This document shows positions 13,040 to 27,364 of a stretch of DNA of 57,510 nucleotides, piece after piece. Origin of the DNA: Gonapodya sp. JEL0774 (Eukaryota); the NCBI GenBank assembly GCA_027604505.1, contig JADIIX010000141.1, positions 1 to 57,510 on the forward strand, read 5' to 3'. Made by a program: the position numbers and the translations under genes. Position 1 is the first letter of the stretch. Every line of letters begins with the position of its first letter. Below the pieces are notes generated by a model that was not told the origin of the DNA, made no database searches, and was given only the letters and a program-made list of their open reading frames with translations.

Positions 13040-16032
13040 TCAAATTTCTCCATCGCTCTCCACAACCCGCCGTTTAGTTCTCTTTCTGCCCCCCTTGCTG
13101 GCGTTCCCGGGACTACAAAACGTATCGTCCGCGGCGACAATCTCATCCTCGTCGCTCTCAATCCTCCTTTTGTTCCGCTGGCTGACACCAATCCGCGGCG
13201 GCGGCTGTGGTGTAGGAGGAGACGACAACGTAGAGCCACCGTTTACAGCACTTAATCGTAAAGCAGCATCTCCCACGCTTGTAGATCTATTATCAATCAC
13301 CAGATCATCAACCTCACCGCCACCGGCATCTGTCGCAACATCCGATGCTCCCGCTCGAGTCCGCCTTTTTCGCCCAGTTCTGCGAAGTCCAGGCACATCC
13401 GGGGAACTAGACACATCTGCTGTCGCAGTGACAAGATCATCGTCACTAGACGCAATCGTTTGCGTAGGAGGTGGTTGAACTCTACGGCTGGGTCCCGTTG
13501 CATGCGTCCCGGGCGACAAAGCTGACCTTGAACTTTGGGAGGACGTTGGGGCTGGTAGTGATGAGGATTTTGGAACTACATGGTTACGGTGGCTGCGACG
13601 TTTTGGTGGGGACGAATCTGCGGCTTCCGCGATGGCAGGAGCGGACCGACGTGCCAGTCTCCGCGTTGGTTTCTTGGGCGATTCCTTTTCAATAACAGTG
13701 TCTGGGACTGGACTGTCCTCGGCCTCGTTTAAACCTCCATCATCACTTCCACTTTCAGACTCCACATAGTCGTCCTCCGACCCACCCTCGCTTCCGTCTT
13801 CTTCACTGCCGGATATTTCACCTGCTTCCAAGGGCCCGTCATCCAGAAACGGATCGTCAAAGTCGTACTCATCGAGCTCTTCACTCTCCTCTTCTTCATC
13901 ATCATGCACCGCCAACCGAATGTCCTCACCCTCTTCGTCGTCACTCCAACCACCCCCGTGTCCATCACTCGTGCTTCGAACCGTGGCTACACCGAGGTCG
14001 GACCCTTCATCGGACAAGCCGGTGAACGGGTCAAGGTCATCCGCGTCCGATGAGAAGGTGTCGGAGCCGCCATAGACTTGGTTGCATCCTGTGCACTGGC
14101 AGAGGGAACATAGTAGAAGGTGGGTACGATCAGGTGGATACGATCAGGCAAAGATTCAGGCCTCCGTGATGATCTCAGCGACCTAGATGTTGCACTCACC
14201 CTTCCACCGACAACCTCCCACGCGCAAACTCCGCATCGTCTCACACCGTCTTCGTAGTCGATCAAAGCCGCTGATTGGACAGTTGGGAAGTGTTGCTATT
14301 TTGGAAATTAACAGGTCCGTTTAGGGACGTAATATGACGGAACAAGTAGGGGAGGGCATTTTCTCGGACAAACTCCTCACAGGCGCCAGTGCGAGAATTC
14401 AACACAAACAACACACCTCCCACAGCCCCGGTTCACTTCGGACTCTCGTCTTGGCCGCCGCAGTCCGACGGTGATGCCATGCGCGGTCAGGGGAGGGAAG
14501 GCCTGAACGACCATGAGGGTACAGAGGAAACTTTAGAAACACGTGAAACAACCACCCTAAAGTCTCACGCCACCACCATACTGACGTTCCACGACGGACT
14601 CGGCCATACTCTCCAATCCCAGATTGGGCAACGGAGCGCCTTCGACCCTGGTTCGGCAAGCAGGACAGGTCGGGGGTGGGGATACGAGGAAGTGCTGGTC
14701 GAGACAGGCGAGGCAGAAGGAGTGGCCGCACGACGTGAGGTAAGGCTGGGTGAAGTGTTGTGTGAGTGGGAGATGCGGGTAGGAATGAACGGAGCGTCTA
14801 AAAAGACAGACTCCAATTTCGAAACTCCACGAATACTCGAGCATATTGTTGTCCGCTTTCAAGCTCCCATTCACCGCGTGTCGGGAGAGCGAGATCCGTA
14901 CAACCATAGGCGTTCCATTCCACAGTTCCTCATCCCCCACACAGTCGTGGTGAATCTCAAAATGATAATCCTTGACCAGAAATACCTCAATACATTTGCG
15001 TTTTCTCCTACTCACCGCCGCCACAACGTCCATGCAAATAGCACAAGAAACTTGAGCCCGCTCCTTTGCTTCCCTGTCCGCGGCGCGTTTTTCTTCGAGT
15101 TTCGCACGCTCGCGGTCACGACCTGGAGCCTCTGCATCCTTCTTTGCGGTGCTGCTCAACCCTGAGGTGCGAGCCCGGTCTGAGCGGGATGAGCGCGGAG
15201 AGAGCGAAGATTCCGGTGCGGAGGGAGCTGCTGGGGTGGCTTGGTCGTCGCGGTCACGACGGGCTTTTTCGTCTTCGAGTTGGCGTATTTTAGTGCTGGA
15301 TTCAGCGTCCTTGCGCTCCCATGCAGCGATCTCTGCGGCCAATGATTGTTTCTCGGCTGCCCAAGCGATCTCCCTCTTCTCCCATTTTTCCAGTTCCCGC
15401 TCTATCTCCCTTTCTCGCTTCGCTAGTTTTTTCTCTCGCTTCGTGTTCTCCTTGTCTCGAGCCACCGACTCTTTTTCTGTAGTGCCCGCCAAAGCGGCTC
15501 GTTCTGCTTGCCACTGTTCTTCCTTGGCCAACCAGTTCGCGACCTCCGTCTCTCGTTCTTTCTTATCACGTGCTAGAGCTTTCTCAGCTGCCTTCTTCTC
15601 CTTCTTTAGCGTTTTGATCTCGCCCCGTACTGTGTCCCGTTCACTATCGAGCAATTGCCATTTCGTCCTCAATTCAGCGACCAGTGACTCGATCCAGACC
15701 GGTAAAACAGAGTGCTTCGACTGCTTTGCGATCAGGGTGTCGTACGAGGAGAGGAGAGTCTCAAGGTCGGCATTCAAGGGCACGTCTTCCAGGACCGGTT
15801 TCGGTTCGAACGACGAGGCAGGATTCGCAGGTCGCCCTCCACCGCTCCAGCCCTCGTCCACATCAATGTCCGATACGTTCCATACATTCTTCCTCCTGCC
15901 GCCGCTACCGCTCCCGTGATCCTTTGACGCAGAATTGGCGGGGGACTCCGAATTGGACATCGACGATGACCAGGCGCCATGTGGGCTTTGAGGGTTACTT
16001 TTTCGCTTGTTCTTCGTCTTTTCACGGAGCAT
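13040..16032 (-). CDS. Psh1-like RING E3 ubiquitin ligase (coiled coil, C3HC4 RING, C4 zinc finger, acidic tail)
   Basis: Spliced RING CAICMD...CGHSFCLAC...CPACR, then IDYEDGVRRCGVCAWEVVGGR|CTGC and a D/E-rich tail. Joins ORFs 14557-16032, 13987-14265 and 13040-14017. Confidence 0.72.
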
Positions 16033-16344
16033 CTGATCGATTGCTGGAAACTCAAAAAAGGGTTTGCATTCAATAAAAACGAATGGAATTGTTCACAGGT
16101 GTCCCCCTGCCATTGCTGTGGTGTGCCAGCAAGAAGAAAGTCAGACCGATTTTCAAGAAAACGTTCGAATCACATTTTCTTCGCCAATCGCGGGCATCAC
16201 CCCGCGTCCAAAATGATTCCCATTATTTCTTCGCGAAAGCGGGCGCTGGGGACGGTGGTAGACGCAGTACAAGTGGTGGGTTGAGCATGGGTCCCGTGTT
16301 GTAAGAGAACAATTTGGATATCGGCAATCCTCGACAACAGGGGC

Positions 16345-19300
16345 ATGCGAAGCAGGGTTGGAGTATTGATTATCGCGACGGCATCTGGAATCTTTCAGTC
16401 TACCGACTCCGGCTGTCCGGACCTCCGGGAAGCTGGTGCTCGCGCCGGGTGAAGACCTTCGCTTTGGAAGTTTTTTCACACATTTGCACATAACCCAGAC
16501 CGCAAATTCCACTCGAAGATGTCTGGCATCTATTGCACCTACGCTAAAGGCCAACTCTATTTCATCCCCTTTGCTCGTTCCTCCTTACGAATCCCTCCTT
16601 GCAAACCTCGCAAGTGTGAGGAAAAATATCACACGCCCCCTGACCCTGGCAGAGAAAATAATCTATTCGCACCTCGTGGACCCCAAAGGGACCGGGGACA
16701 TCAAGAGGGGGCAGTCTTATCTCAAGATTAGACCTGGTGGGTTGGCTCTTCAATTGCAGTGTACCTCCATCTTGTCCCACCCAACGGAGCATAAGGAGTC
16801 ACTCGGAGAACCAGGCTTAGCATCAATCACTCGAGTCACTGAGCAATTAAGCGTTGATCAGAGAGGCGAGTGTTAGATACGGTCAGCCAATTCGCTCAAA
16901 TCTGAAGCGCAGAGACGGCCACAGTCCGTCTCGATACCACTCTTGGATCCTTCGGCGCATGCAACTGCTTGAAAATTGATTTGATTTACCGAGCGGAGTT
17001 GAATATCTCTTCTTTTCGGTTTCGCATATGTTCCATTCGTTTCCCCCCTCCAACACAGATCGAGTTGCCATGCAAGGTCAGTTCTGCAGCGATCGCACGC
17101 GGAAGAGATCCTTCAGGCCCGTGTTCTTGTATTAGCTGTTAACCGTTGTTGCCTCTGCAAACGCTATTCCCAGACGCCTCTGCGCAAACCGCAATTCTGC
17201 AGTTCATGCTCTCTGGTCTCGAACAGACTTCATTGCCAACCTCAGTGCACTGTGATCACTTAATTGTGGCACAGTCCGGCTCCGACACGGACTTGGCAAC
17301 CTCTTTAACGTGTGTTGAAAGTCTCATACATTCGCAGCGTTCACCCTCGCTGCTCACTCACCACCATCGCACCAACCAGCACTGAATCGGAGGTCTACGC
17401 CTTTCTAGAGTCCGCATCTCGCCGCTACGGTATCTCCTTCTGGCGCCCCGGCGCCGGTATCATCCACCAGGTCGTTCTCGAAAACTACGCTGCGCCTGGC
17501 CTGCTCATGCTTGGTTGCGACTCACACACCCCTAATGCCGGTGGACTGGGCGCTGTAGCTATTGGTGTGGGTGGTGCTGACGCGGTGGATGCCATGGCCA
17601 ACATTCCGTGGGAGTTGAGAGCCCCCAAGACGATCGGTGTGCGGCTCACGGGATCGTTGAGCGGGTGGGCGTCGCCAAAGGATCTCATTCTGTACTTGGC
17701 CGGTAAGCTCACCGTCCAAGGTGGTACCGGTGCAGTGCTCGAGTACTTTGGACCCTCCGCTCGAGACCTGAGCTGCACCGGTGCTGCCACCGTGTGCAAC
17801 ATGGGCGCTGAAGTCGGTGCCACAACTTCCTTGTTTCCTTATTCGGATGCCATGCGCCGGTACCTCGTAGCCACTGGTCGGACCCACGTTGCCGAAGCTG
17901 CTGATGCTGCCGCACAAGCAGGACTGCTTGCGCCAGATGCTGGCAGTGAGTCAAGCTACGATGACGTCGTGGAGGTAGATTTGAGCAAGGTAGAACCCCA
18001 CTTGAACGGACCATTCACGCCGGATTTGGCCACACCCATCGGGAAGTTTGCCCAGGTGGTCAAGGAGAAGGGATGGAAGGACGAGGTCAAGGCGTGCTTG
18101 ATTGGAAGCTGTACCAACAGCTCATATCAGGACATGTGAGCAATATTGCGTGGTTGTGTTTAGGGGAAGTGAATTCCGCACATCTTGACTAAGCGGTGCC
18201 TTGTAAAGGTCGCGCGCAGCCAACCTCGCCCGACAAGCGCGTGCACACGGTCTCACAGCACGTACGGAGTTTCTTGTGACACCTGGCTCTGAACAAATTC
18301 GTGCCACGGTTGAGAGGGACGGGCAATTGGATGCGTTGGTAGATGTGGGTGGGAAAGTGTTAGCCGTAAGTTGCGGGTTCTTGCGGCGATAAAGGTTTGA
18401 CTGCGGAGCTACATGCCGATCATAGGTTTTCATATTTACAATTGTGTGTTCTAGAACGCATGCGGTCCCTGTATCGGCCAGTGGAAGCGAGATGATGTCG
18501 GCAAAGACGAGGAGAATGGTCGGTCGTTCGCTCCCTCCCCTTTCCTTTCTGCACCGTTCTCATTCTGCACACATCCGTCCAAAGCCATCCTTACATCATT
18601 TAACCGCAACTTCCGCTCCCGCAACGATGGTCTCCCCAACACTATGAACTTCCTCGCCTCCCCTGATATCGTCACAGCTATTGCGTTTGCTGGGCGACTC
18701 TCCTTTAACCCACTCACTGACTCTATCATTGGCGCTGATGGGGTACCATTCAAGTTCGAGCCACCGGTGGGAGAGGAACTGCCTAGTGGAGGATTCGCAG
18801 CTGGTAGGGAAGGTTATGCAAGGCCCCAGGACGGTCCTACTGCCAAAGTCGACGAGGTGGTGAAGGTTGACTCTAAGAGCACGAGGTTGCAGGTTCTAGA
18901 ACCGTTTGGAGCTTGGGATGGGAAGGAGATCGAGGGCGTGAAGGTGCTCGTCAAGGCCAAGGGAAAGTGCACGACCGGTGTGTATTATGTGCGTTGGCAT
19001 TGCCATGGTAATAACGGGTGTTCCTGATGACGTTTCGCTGACAGACCACATATCCGCTGCGGGAAAATGGTTGAAGGTTCGTGGGATGGGCAGTGCCAGG
19101 TGTTTCCTCAAATAGGATGAACCGTTTGTCCCTGCTATCACACCAACGTAGTACAAGGGCCATCTCCAAAATATTTCGGAAAACACCTTGATTGGAGCCC
19201 TCAACGATTTCACCGGTAAGGTCAATTTGGCGCGCAACGATCTCGATGGGTCAGAGGGCACGATCCCAGAGGTCGCAAAGGCTTACAAGGCGGCAAACGT

Positions 19301-19923
19301 GGGGTGGGCGGTGGTGGCTGACGTAAGTTGCCGTTCGTTTCCGAAGACTTCTGTTTTTTGTGCGGCTCGGTAGTTCAATCGTCTGACTATTGTGATTTTG
19401 TTCAACAGCAAAACTACGGTGAAGGGTCAGCGAGGGAACATGCCGCAATGGTGAGGAAGAACCTTCTTTGTCGAATCATAGGCATCTTTGCAATATATAC
19501 CTTTTAATTTACATCTTTTTCTTTTCAGCAACCTCGCTACCTGGGATGCAAATTAATTATTACTCGGTCGTTTGCCAGGATTCACGGTGGGCAACAGATC
19601 CTGCGAAGGCGATTGTGTTTGGCTGGTATCCCACTATCTCTATTGATTTTTGTCCAGAAACAAACTTGAAGAAGCAAGGCATCCTTCCCCTCACTTTTGT
19701 TGACCCATCTGCATACGAGCTTATTACCCCAGGTTCCACAATCTCCACTGTTGGTGTCGCTTCTGAATCTGTACCCAGTAGTCCCATCACAGTTTTCGTG
19801 AACAGACCTGGACTGGACGCAGTCAAGATCAAGTGTGCGCACACCATGAGTGCGGATCAGTGGGAATGGTTCAAGGCAGGCAGTGCGTTAAACAACATTA
19901 GAATGTCAGTGAGTTCGTCGTAG
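16345..19923 (+). CDS. ACO2: Mitochondrial aconitase family, Aco2/AcoB (homocitrate dehydratase) type; start uncertain
   Basis: [63 protein letters not shown] and SSYQDM are Aco2-like; Aco1 has DATAQ and SSYEDM. Confidence 0.85.
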
Positions 19924-19977
19924 ACACAGACACGATAGCTATGGGTATATGTACGTGAGAATGCTGGTATCAGGCGT

Positions 19978-22900
19978 TCAAGGAACCATGGCAAATGTCT
20001 CATCATTTCCTTCCACTGGTTCTTCATCATTGTCCTCCTTGTCAACCGCGAATCCACTTTGATGGCTCGTTTCAACCGATTCCGTCTGAGGTGTTGCAGG
20101 CACACGTGGGGATTCGCTTCGGCTTCGATAATTGGAAGCTGATTCAACAAGTGCTTCCCCACCGCGCACAGCATCGTCCGCTTCGTCTGCGGATCGGGCA
20201 TCTAGACCAGTGGATGCGTGCAGCTGCAACGAGCTATCCTTCTGCGATGGCTCTTCTCTCTTTAGCTTCCTCGTCTTCGCGTCCACAAGCTTGCGGAATG
20301 CAATCGCTCGGCGGAGGACGACTGGTGCCCTGATTTTAGGATTGCGTTCAGCTTTCTCTTTCTTAGCATCCATGACACCCGGAATAGCAGGCATTACCCC
20401 CAATATGGCTACCTTTTCTTCTGATTTTCGTTCAGGGGATGGTGGTTCAAACGCACGCTTGTTGATCTTATTCCATAAAGTTGGGGTGGAAAGGACGTCC
20501 CTCCAAAGCTTCGTGTAAGAAGAAACGATCAGATTGTCCAGGGTGCCTTCCTCCACTAGTCCGTCGTTGATTTCCTTGAGCTCACACAGCTTTTGAAAAG
20601 TTCGAATCCTCTTGTGGAAAGCGTCACAGTTGATTCGCGTTTCTGCAGCAGTTGCATCTGTACATTCATCCAAATGTTGAAGAACAACGCTCTCCACTGC
20701 AGGAAAGCGTTTCTCAAACTCCCGTTTTGTCGTGACTACACCAAAATTCGAAGGCATCCCATGCGTTTGCGCGATATGTGTCTCAAGCAAAGGATCTTCT
20801 TCTCGTATTGCCTTCGAATCGACGGTATTTTATACAGGAATGAGCGATAAAGGGGCTGTCCGCCTGTCCGCCTCACCTGGAAACACGTTTGGAATGCGAC
20901 GTTCCAGCCGTCCCGCCCACCCCGGCACAATTCAGCAGCTTTTCTGGTGCGCGACATAAATCCAAGTAGTTTTGTCATGTCACCTTGCTTCTTATGGATC
21001 TGAAATCACGAATGAGATGGTGAGCGGTTCGATCGGAGAAATTGGGCACCGAATCACGCACTGCCAACACACTGAGGAACGCTGATTTCCAAGCTTCATC
21101 TGCATTAACCATCTCTTCTTTATACTTGATAAGAGCAAGACGGTCCAGAATCGTCGATAAAGCCTCGATGTCTTCCGACTTCCTCAAGAGGTCGATGAAG
21201 AAGCTGGTGTAAACGTGTCTGTAGACATAGATTCTTCCGGGGCTACACAACGGAACAAAGGAGAACGTGTTACATTGAAAAGGATACGACGGTGCTACAT
21301 AAACGAACCCTTCGAACTCCTGCCGGTATATAAGTACGAAGTGGCGGGGTGCCTTTTTCAATGAGAAAATTCGAGCCAGTTCTACTTTCGCGCGGGAGGA
21401 GTCTTGAAGACAGTGCTCCAGAATCCATGCATGCTACCAGATGCAGCGGAACCTCAGTCATAAGCTATTCCGATGGCCAGGGAAACGCCGTTTCACTCAC
21501 TTTGTATGTGAACTTGTGATACCAGTTGTCTTTGTCGAGGCGCTTGAAGTACCGGATAGCATCTGTAATGCCTTTGAAGGCATCTTCCTCTGTGATTCCT
21601 GTGGCATTGTCAAGAGGCTCTTCGGATGATTGCATGAGCAGCTGAAGGGTGCGCATGACCTCTATGGGCTGGGACACAAACTACTAATCGTCCGCCGCCC
21701 AACCGAGAAATTATAGTAACCTCTCTGGCAAGACCCACCTCCATGATCTTTTTCTTCATGGCCTTCGTGAGAAAAGACAACACCTTGTAGTGGGCATGTA
21801 GAGGTTTAGGTTTATCCTTCGGCCACATCGCTGCTATCAAATCAATGGATTTGAAATACAAGGAGACCACTCGCTGATGGAAACATTAGAATGTGAATTA
21901 AAGCAACTGAAGCTCCAAAATTGGTAACACACACCTCGACCGGTTTGTTCAGCTTCTCCGCAAAACGGGCAGCCATAAATGCATACTGCCATTCGTTTGG
22001 TGACACGTTCATCGCCATTCTGAAGCAGCGATCACCGAAGACACGGAGCAGGTAAACCCGTCTCTCCGACATCTCTATGACTCGTTCTGGAGGGATCCCC
22101 ACTACATTCATCTCGCCAAAACCATTCGAGAGCGAGGGAGAACTTCCAGATGCATCTACCGTTGCTCTCGCCCATTCACCATCCACTGTTCGCTTCGCCC
22201 GGTCCCACCAAATCTGCTGGCCGAGAACGACCTGTCGATTGACAGAAACCGCGAACGAGCTCATCGGCTTCGAAATAATTTCTTTGATGAGGAAACCGAC
22301 ATCAGCCCACAATGTTCCGTTTCTGGAAAGAGGATCTTTCAGGGTACCCTTCCCACTCTTACGAAATAGCCGAGCAGCCTTGAGAAACGAATGTAAGGCT
22401 CGCTGATGGACGCTTTTGAATGACAGGGCCGGCACAAAATACTCATCAAAGAACGCCAAACCCACCTTTTGTAAGGCTGCAATTTCGCCCTTGTTCTCGA
22501 TGATAGTGAGTGCGCCTCCATCATACAAGTAAGATTGCGACAAACGCATGTAAGCGAGCGCAACAGCAGACCATGCTTTCCAATCTCCCCCATTCAAACA
22601 AAGATTTTTCTTACGAAAAATGGAAAACGCAACGGATTTCTTCTGGAACGAGACTTTCAAACATTGCAAAGAGTACTCACTAAAAACAAATCAATGACTT
22701 CCTCAAACACTTCCCTCTGTCGAAAAAATTCGAGAACTTTTTTGTCCTTATTCTCAAAGAAAAGAAGACTGCCTTCTAAGTAAAACAGATCGAAATAACT
22801 CTCTAGCAAATAGTGTTTTGGTGGGAATAAACCGACGAAGAATGCAGAATCAGTTTCGCCACTCACCTCGAACACGTAAGTGTTGTTGAGGTTGCGCCCG

Positions 22901-25900
22901 ATTTACTGAAGTTTGCATGGATCGAATATCTTGCAAGGGAATCTCGTCATCTGCATCGCTCAGAAGGTCGGACGCATCGATATCAGAATTTATGTAGTTC
23001 TGTATGGCGGTGCGGTTTGCGACAATGGCACCTTAACAACAGTCGAAGCACTTGTGAGTGGACGAAAATCGTTTATCAAGTGTTGGTAAAACATCATACC
23101 ATGCCGAAGCCAATCATCCTCAAACGCAGAGGCTATCTTTCGAAGAGAAGCTCTTAGAGAATCTCTTTGTGTCACGGTGGAGCGGAAGAGCAAAATGTTT
23201 TGAGCCTGAGGAAGAAGTAACTTAAAAACCTCTTCCGCTGTGGCAGGATCCAACGTTTCATTTTTGTTCGCGTCGTGCTCTGCAAGTGTTAGAGATCCCT
23301 ATATGGAGCAGGGTTGGACACGTTACAGAATGCAATCCGGAACTACTGCCGCGACTCACGTCTGTGACTACTCCATAAAGGCATTTGATGCACTGAGCAA
23401 TCTCTTTTGTACAATCCATGCTGTTACTCGACAAGTAGTATGAGAGAGCAAGGCGGAGAAACGACCCTGAAACGATGTCAAGACGAGAGTTGAAAATCAT
23501 GGACTTTTAAAAGCCTGTATCGATTGGAGCTAACCTCCATGAGAATCGCAACTCATTACACTCGCAATTTGCTCGTGCGCCGTTTCGAGCAGTCGGCGCA
23601 AATTAATGCTGTCGTCTGACGATTCTAGGCCCATGGCGCTCTCCAGAGGTCTCCCACTGGCGTAATCACCGATCAAGATCCTCGAACTCGTCCAGATCCC
23701 AGAAGTTCCATTTTCTAGCTGCGCAGATAGACCGTATCGGGCACGACCTGCATTGTCCCCACGGCACTGCAAGAACACAGACGCAAAGTGATATAAGAGG
23801 GTCCACGATTGGATCACGAACAGCTCCATCATCCGGCGAGGCTCCTTGCCCACTTTTGATTTGTCGGGTGCGAGGAGGAAAGTGGCGCGGTTGGACACGT
23901 GCACGCAAACTATCACACATTGGATGACAGCGGCCCAAAGGGTGAAATCTCGATATAAGTACCCCTTCAATTCCGTCAAACGATCCTGCGAGAAGCGGTC
24001 TAAGATCATTTTTCCAGTGCGAATGACCTTGCATTGACGTCATTTGATAAGCTGTTCAAATTGAGTTTTACGGAGCAACGGAAACAAACCTTGTCAAACA
24101 GATCATTGAAATGCAAATCAGGATCAACAAGATGAACCACACATGCAACAAAAAGGAGGCAGACATAAGGCCAATCATCGAACGGTTCCGAAAGATTTTT
24201 CCCCGCCTGTACCCATGGGAATAAATGAAATCTTCGTTGATTTTTTCTGGAACTTGATGACGATCTCCCACCTCCAGTAACATCTCGATGCCAGAAATCT
24301 TGCGTGCAGCACCCCTCGAGCTTAAGTATGACCGCGTAAACTTGATTTGCTCGTTAGACTCTGCCTCTGGAACCTCCAGAAGAGCCGGCTTCAGTCTGTG
24401 AATCACTTCAGCAAAATCGCGCTCTTCGAGTTTGACTTTGACCTCATCGATATAAACCCGCGCCTGAAGTTCTTGGATTTTCACAGCGATATCTGTTGTG
24501 GATATAACGAAGTCCTTTGAACTGTACGGCGTTCGGTGTCGTTGAGAGGTTGGACTAACGGAGATGCAAAATATACCACTCACATTCTCGGTACACGGAG
24601 TGCCAGCTCCGGAATGTTGCGAGCTTCCCATAGATCCAAACACTCTCGAAAAGAGACAAGTGCACTATCATGATCTAGAAGTCGCTCATGGAGCCTCGCA
24701 CGAAGCCACATTCTCCTGTCAAAAGCAGTCGGGACATTAGATTGGTACTATCGGTATGTAAAACGAGATGGTCACCTCATCAAATGCTGAAACGAAACAT
24801 CCGATTCTCCACTGTGCCAGAATGCACTCAAGAGCCTGCGTGCTTCCGGTAAAGTCAGTGGCTGGTCAACGTCAACTGTGTCTGAGTCCTCCTGCATTGT
24901 GTCCACGAGAAGTTCACAAATTGAAACGGCAAGCTGGATTGGAATTCGTTTTAGAAACGATTCACAGTTGAGCATGAAACATATCTGAAAGTAAGTTACC
25001 TCCTCACGTTCAAGGCCTGGCAAGCGGGAAGAAAATACAAACAGCAAGTCCACGGATGCCAAAAACCCAGTGAGCTTCTTGATAACTTCCACCAGGATAT
25101 TTTTGAAATCATTCGACAATCTCCACTCTCGGCCGGATTCATCGGAAGCGGCCCCCTCCAAATCATCCCCCAGTATCACGTGAAGGTATTTCGACAACCA
25201 TATACATAAAGGAGAGCCATTGTTCTGATTGATGAATGTTTGAATCGCACTTTCATCTGATAAGAGTGGATTTGGTGGTTCATTATGGTACACGGTGGAG
25301 CCTTGCAGTCGCGAGGATTGCCTGACGAATGAGGAATTATCAACCTTCGATTGTCTGGTGACGTCCAAACGTTCCGATTTGATAACGTACGGCTTCCTTC
25401 GCTTTCCTTTGATTCCATGACCGAGCGCAATGCAGTGCGCTGCACTGGTCACGTAAGAGTCGAGACCCGAAATGATGGTGGAGATCCCATTTCCGTTCCC
25501 TTGGACATTAAACGAAAAGCCCTCAGGAAGGTATATGTCAAGTTCTAAGAGTGCACTAGTTGGAAGTTGTGCAGTTGTGCCGCTTTTTGTCTCCTCTTTT
25601 CCAGTATCTCCCGAAGCCACAGCCAAAGTATTGCGCTTTGACCTCCGTCGATTGCTCTTTCCCTCTTGTTCATCGTCTGCGTCTTCACCCGTGGCGTCAA
25701 GCATGCTAATATCACGCTTGCGTTTCCGAAAGGAGGATTGGGGGACACTGGGTGTTGCCTGAGTGGCGGATAAGTTCTCCGGCAAAATCTCTTCATTCCC
25801 ATCACCTGTGTCGACCTCCACGCCGTCCAGTGGCCCCACCTCTCCATTCATAGAAATTTGCGTTGGAGTTTCCGTGATCTCGTCCAAGGCATGGGACTCT

Positions 25901-27274
25901 AGTACCGGTGCATCTCCAGGTTCCTCTCTGGCATCCTCGCAGCCACCTGCGACTTCATCCTCTCTCAATAGCACGATGGGAGTTCGACTATCAAAATTCT
26001 TTTCCAGTAAGAATTCCCGCAGCTCATTCCATTTTGGGGATTGCAAGAGCGGAATATCCGCCCGCTTAACGGAAAGAGGGCCTGGCTCCGACAGGGCTCG
26101 AGACAGGACCAGAAATAGTGACCCAAGTTGTGACCAGGTCCGCGCTGATATCTGGAGGCTAACACTCTCAATCTCTGCATCGAAAGCAAGCGGCGAAGAG
26201 GATGGAGGCGTTGCGGCGTTGTAGAGAAAACGGTTGGATGGATCAACATTCCTGGGAACAGTTTTCAACCGAGACTCGTACTCCCACACATCATCGCTGG
26301 TGATAAATGAGGGCCTGGAGTTTGATCTCCGGTACTCCACAGCACTGCTAGCCTCTCCATTAGGTTTAAATAAGAGAGCTCTGTCCAAGAAGATTCCCAG
26401 GATTTCCCTTTTCAGCCAAAGTCCTCGACTCCAACCAGGCCGTTCCCCCAGTGCTATTTTAACATGCTTCAAACACTCATAGTAATCCCTTGTGTGAAAC
26501 AGGAGCTCGCACAGGGCCTCTCGGGTGGAGAAAAGGATCGCCTGAGAGCCAACGGTACGTGTGATGTGCTCAAGACATTTTCGGGTGAGCGCAAGGTCGT
26601 TCACTTTGGTGGCAAGGTGTGACAGACGAAGCCAAAGAGACGAGTCTGACGGGTCGAGCGCAAGGGCCTTGGTATGGTGGCTCAATGTGATTCTTCATCA
26701 GACTTGTGGATTGGGGAGAAAACCCACTTTTAATAAGAACTCAACAGCCTTACTCTCCTCCCCGTCATCAGACAGCAGCAGGGCATAATTTTTAAAAACC
26801 ACGAACTGAAGCAGATGGATAGGTGAGGAGTGGACGATTTGAACCTGAAAAGAGCACCCGGAGATTACTTGGCAAGCAATTGATTCTCGACAACGAACAG
26901 CTCAACATGCCGGCTCAAGTTTTTCTTTGCACAAGCTAAGTTCGAGCAGTCCTTTGTAGATCTCCCTCGCCCTGTCTCGTTCACCATGAGCCTGAAAATG
27001 GAGAGCGCGATCGTACCTGCCCAACGCAAGTTGCAGCTGCAGCGGTATACCATCGCCCGGGAGAACAAGATATCATTCTCGAGCTAGATGTAAGGTTCGG
27101 AATTCAGGAGAGAAATCCACTGACCTCTATCTCTCGTGTTGTCTGCTCTTCTGTCTTGGAAGCAACATCCGGAGGATCCTCGTTCAAACCGATCCATCGA
27201 ATCTGAGGTGCGATTCAGTAATATCATTAGTACTCCCATCGCGACTGAACAGTTCTATCATGTCGAGTTACCAT
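19978..27274 (-). CDS. HIR3: HIR complex TPR subunit, Hir3/Cabin1-like
   Basis: M|IRWIGLN...TTREIE|LQLALGRYDRALHFQ...IYKGLL, LQFVVFKNYA, ALALDPSDSSLWLRL, DKDNWYHKFTYK, PGRIYVY. Large multi-exon gene. Confidence 0.8.
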
Positions 27275-27364
27275 CGTGACATGTCAGTTGACCGAAATAA
27301 TGTTCGGGCCAGTTTCGCGTTTATCAAATTATCCGCCGTGCGTTCACATGAACAAAACGAAGTC

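Noticed and set aside
15149..15919. 256-aa plus-strand ORF
   Set aside because: Antisense shadow of the K/E/R-rich coiled-coil exon.
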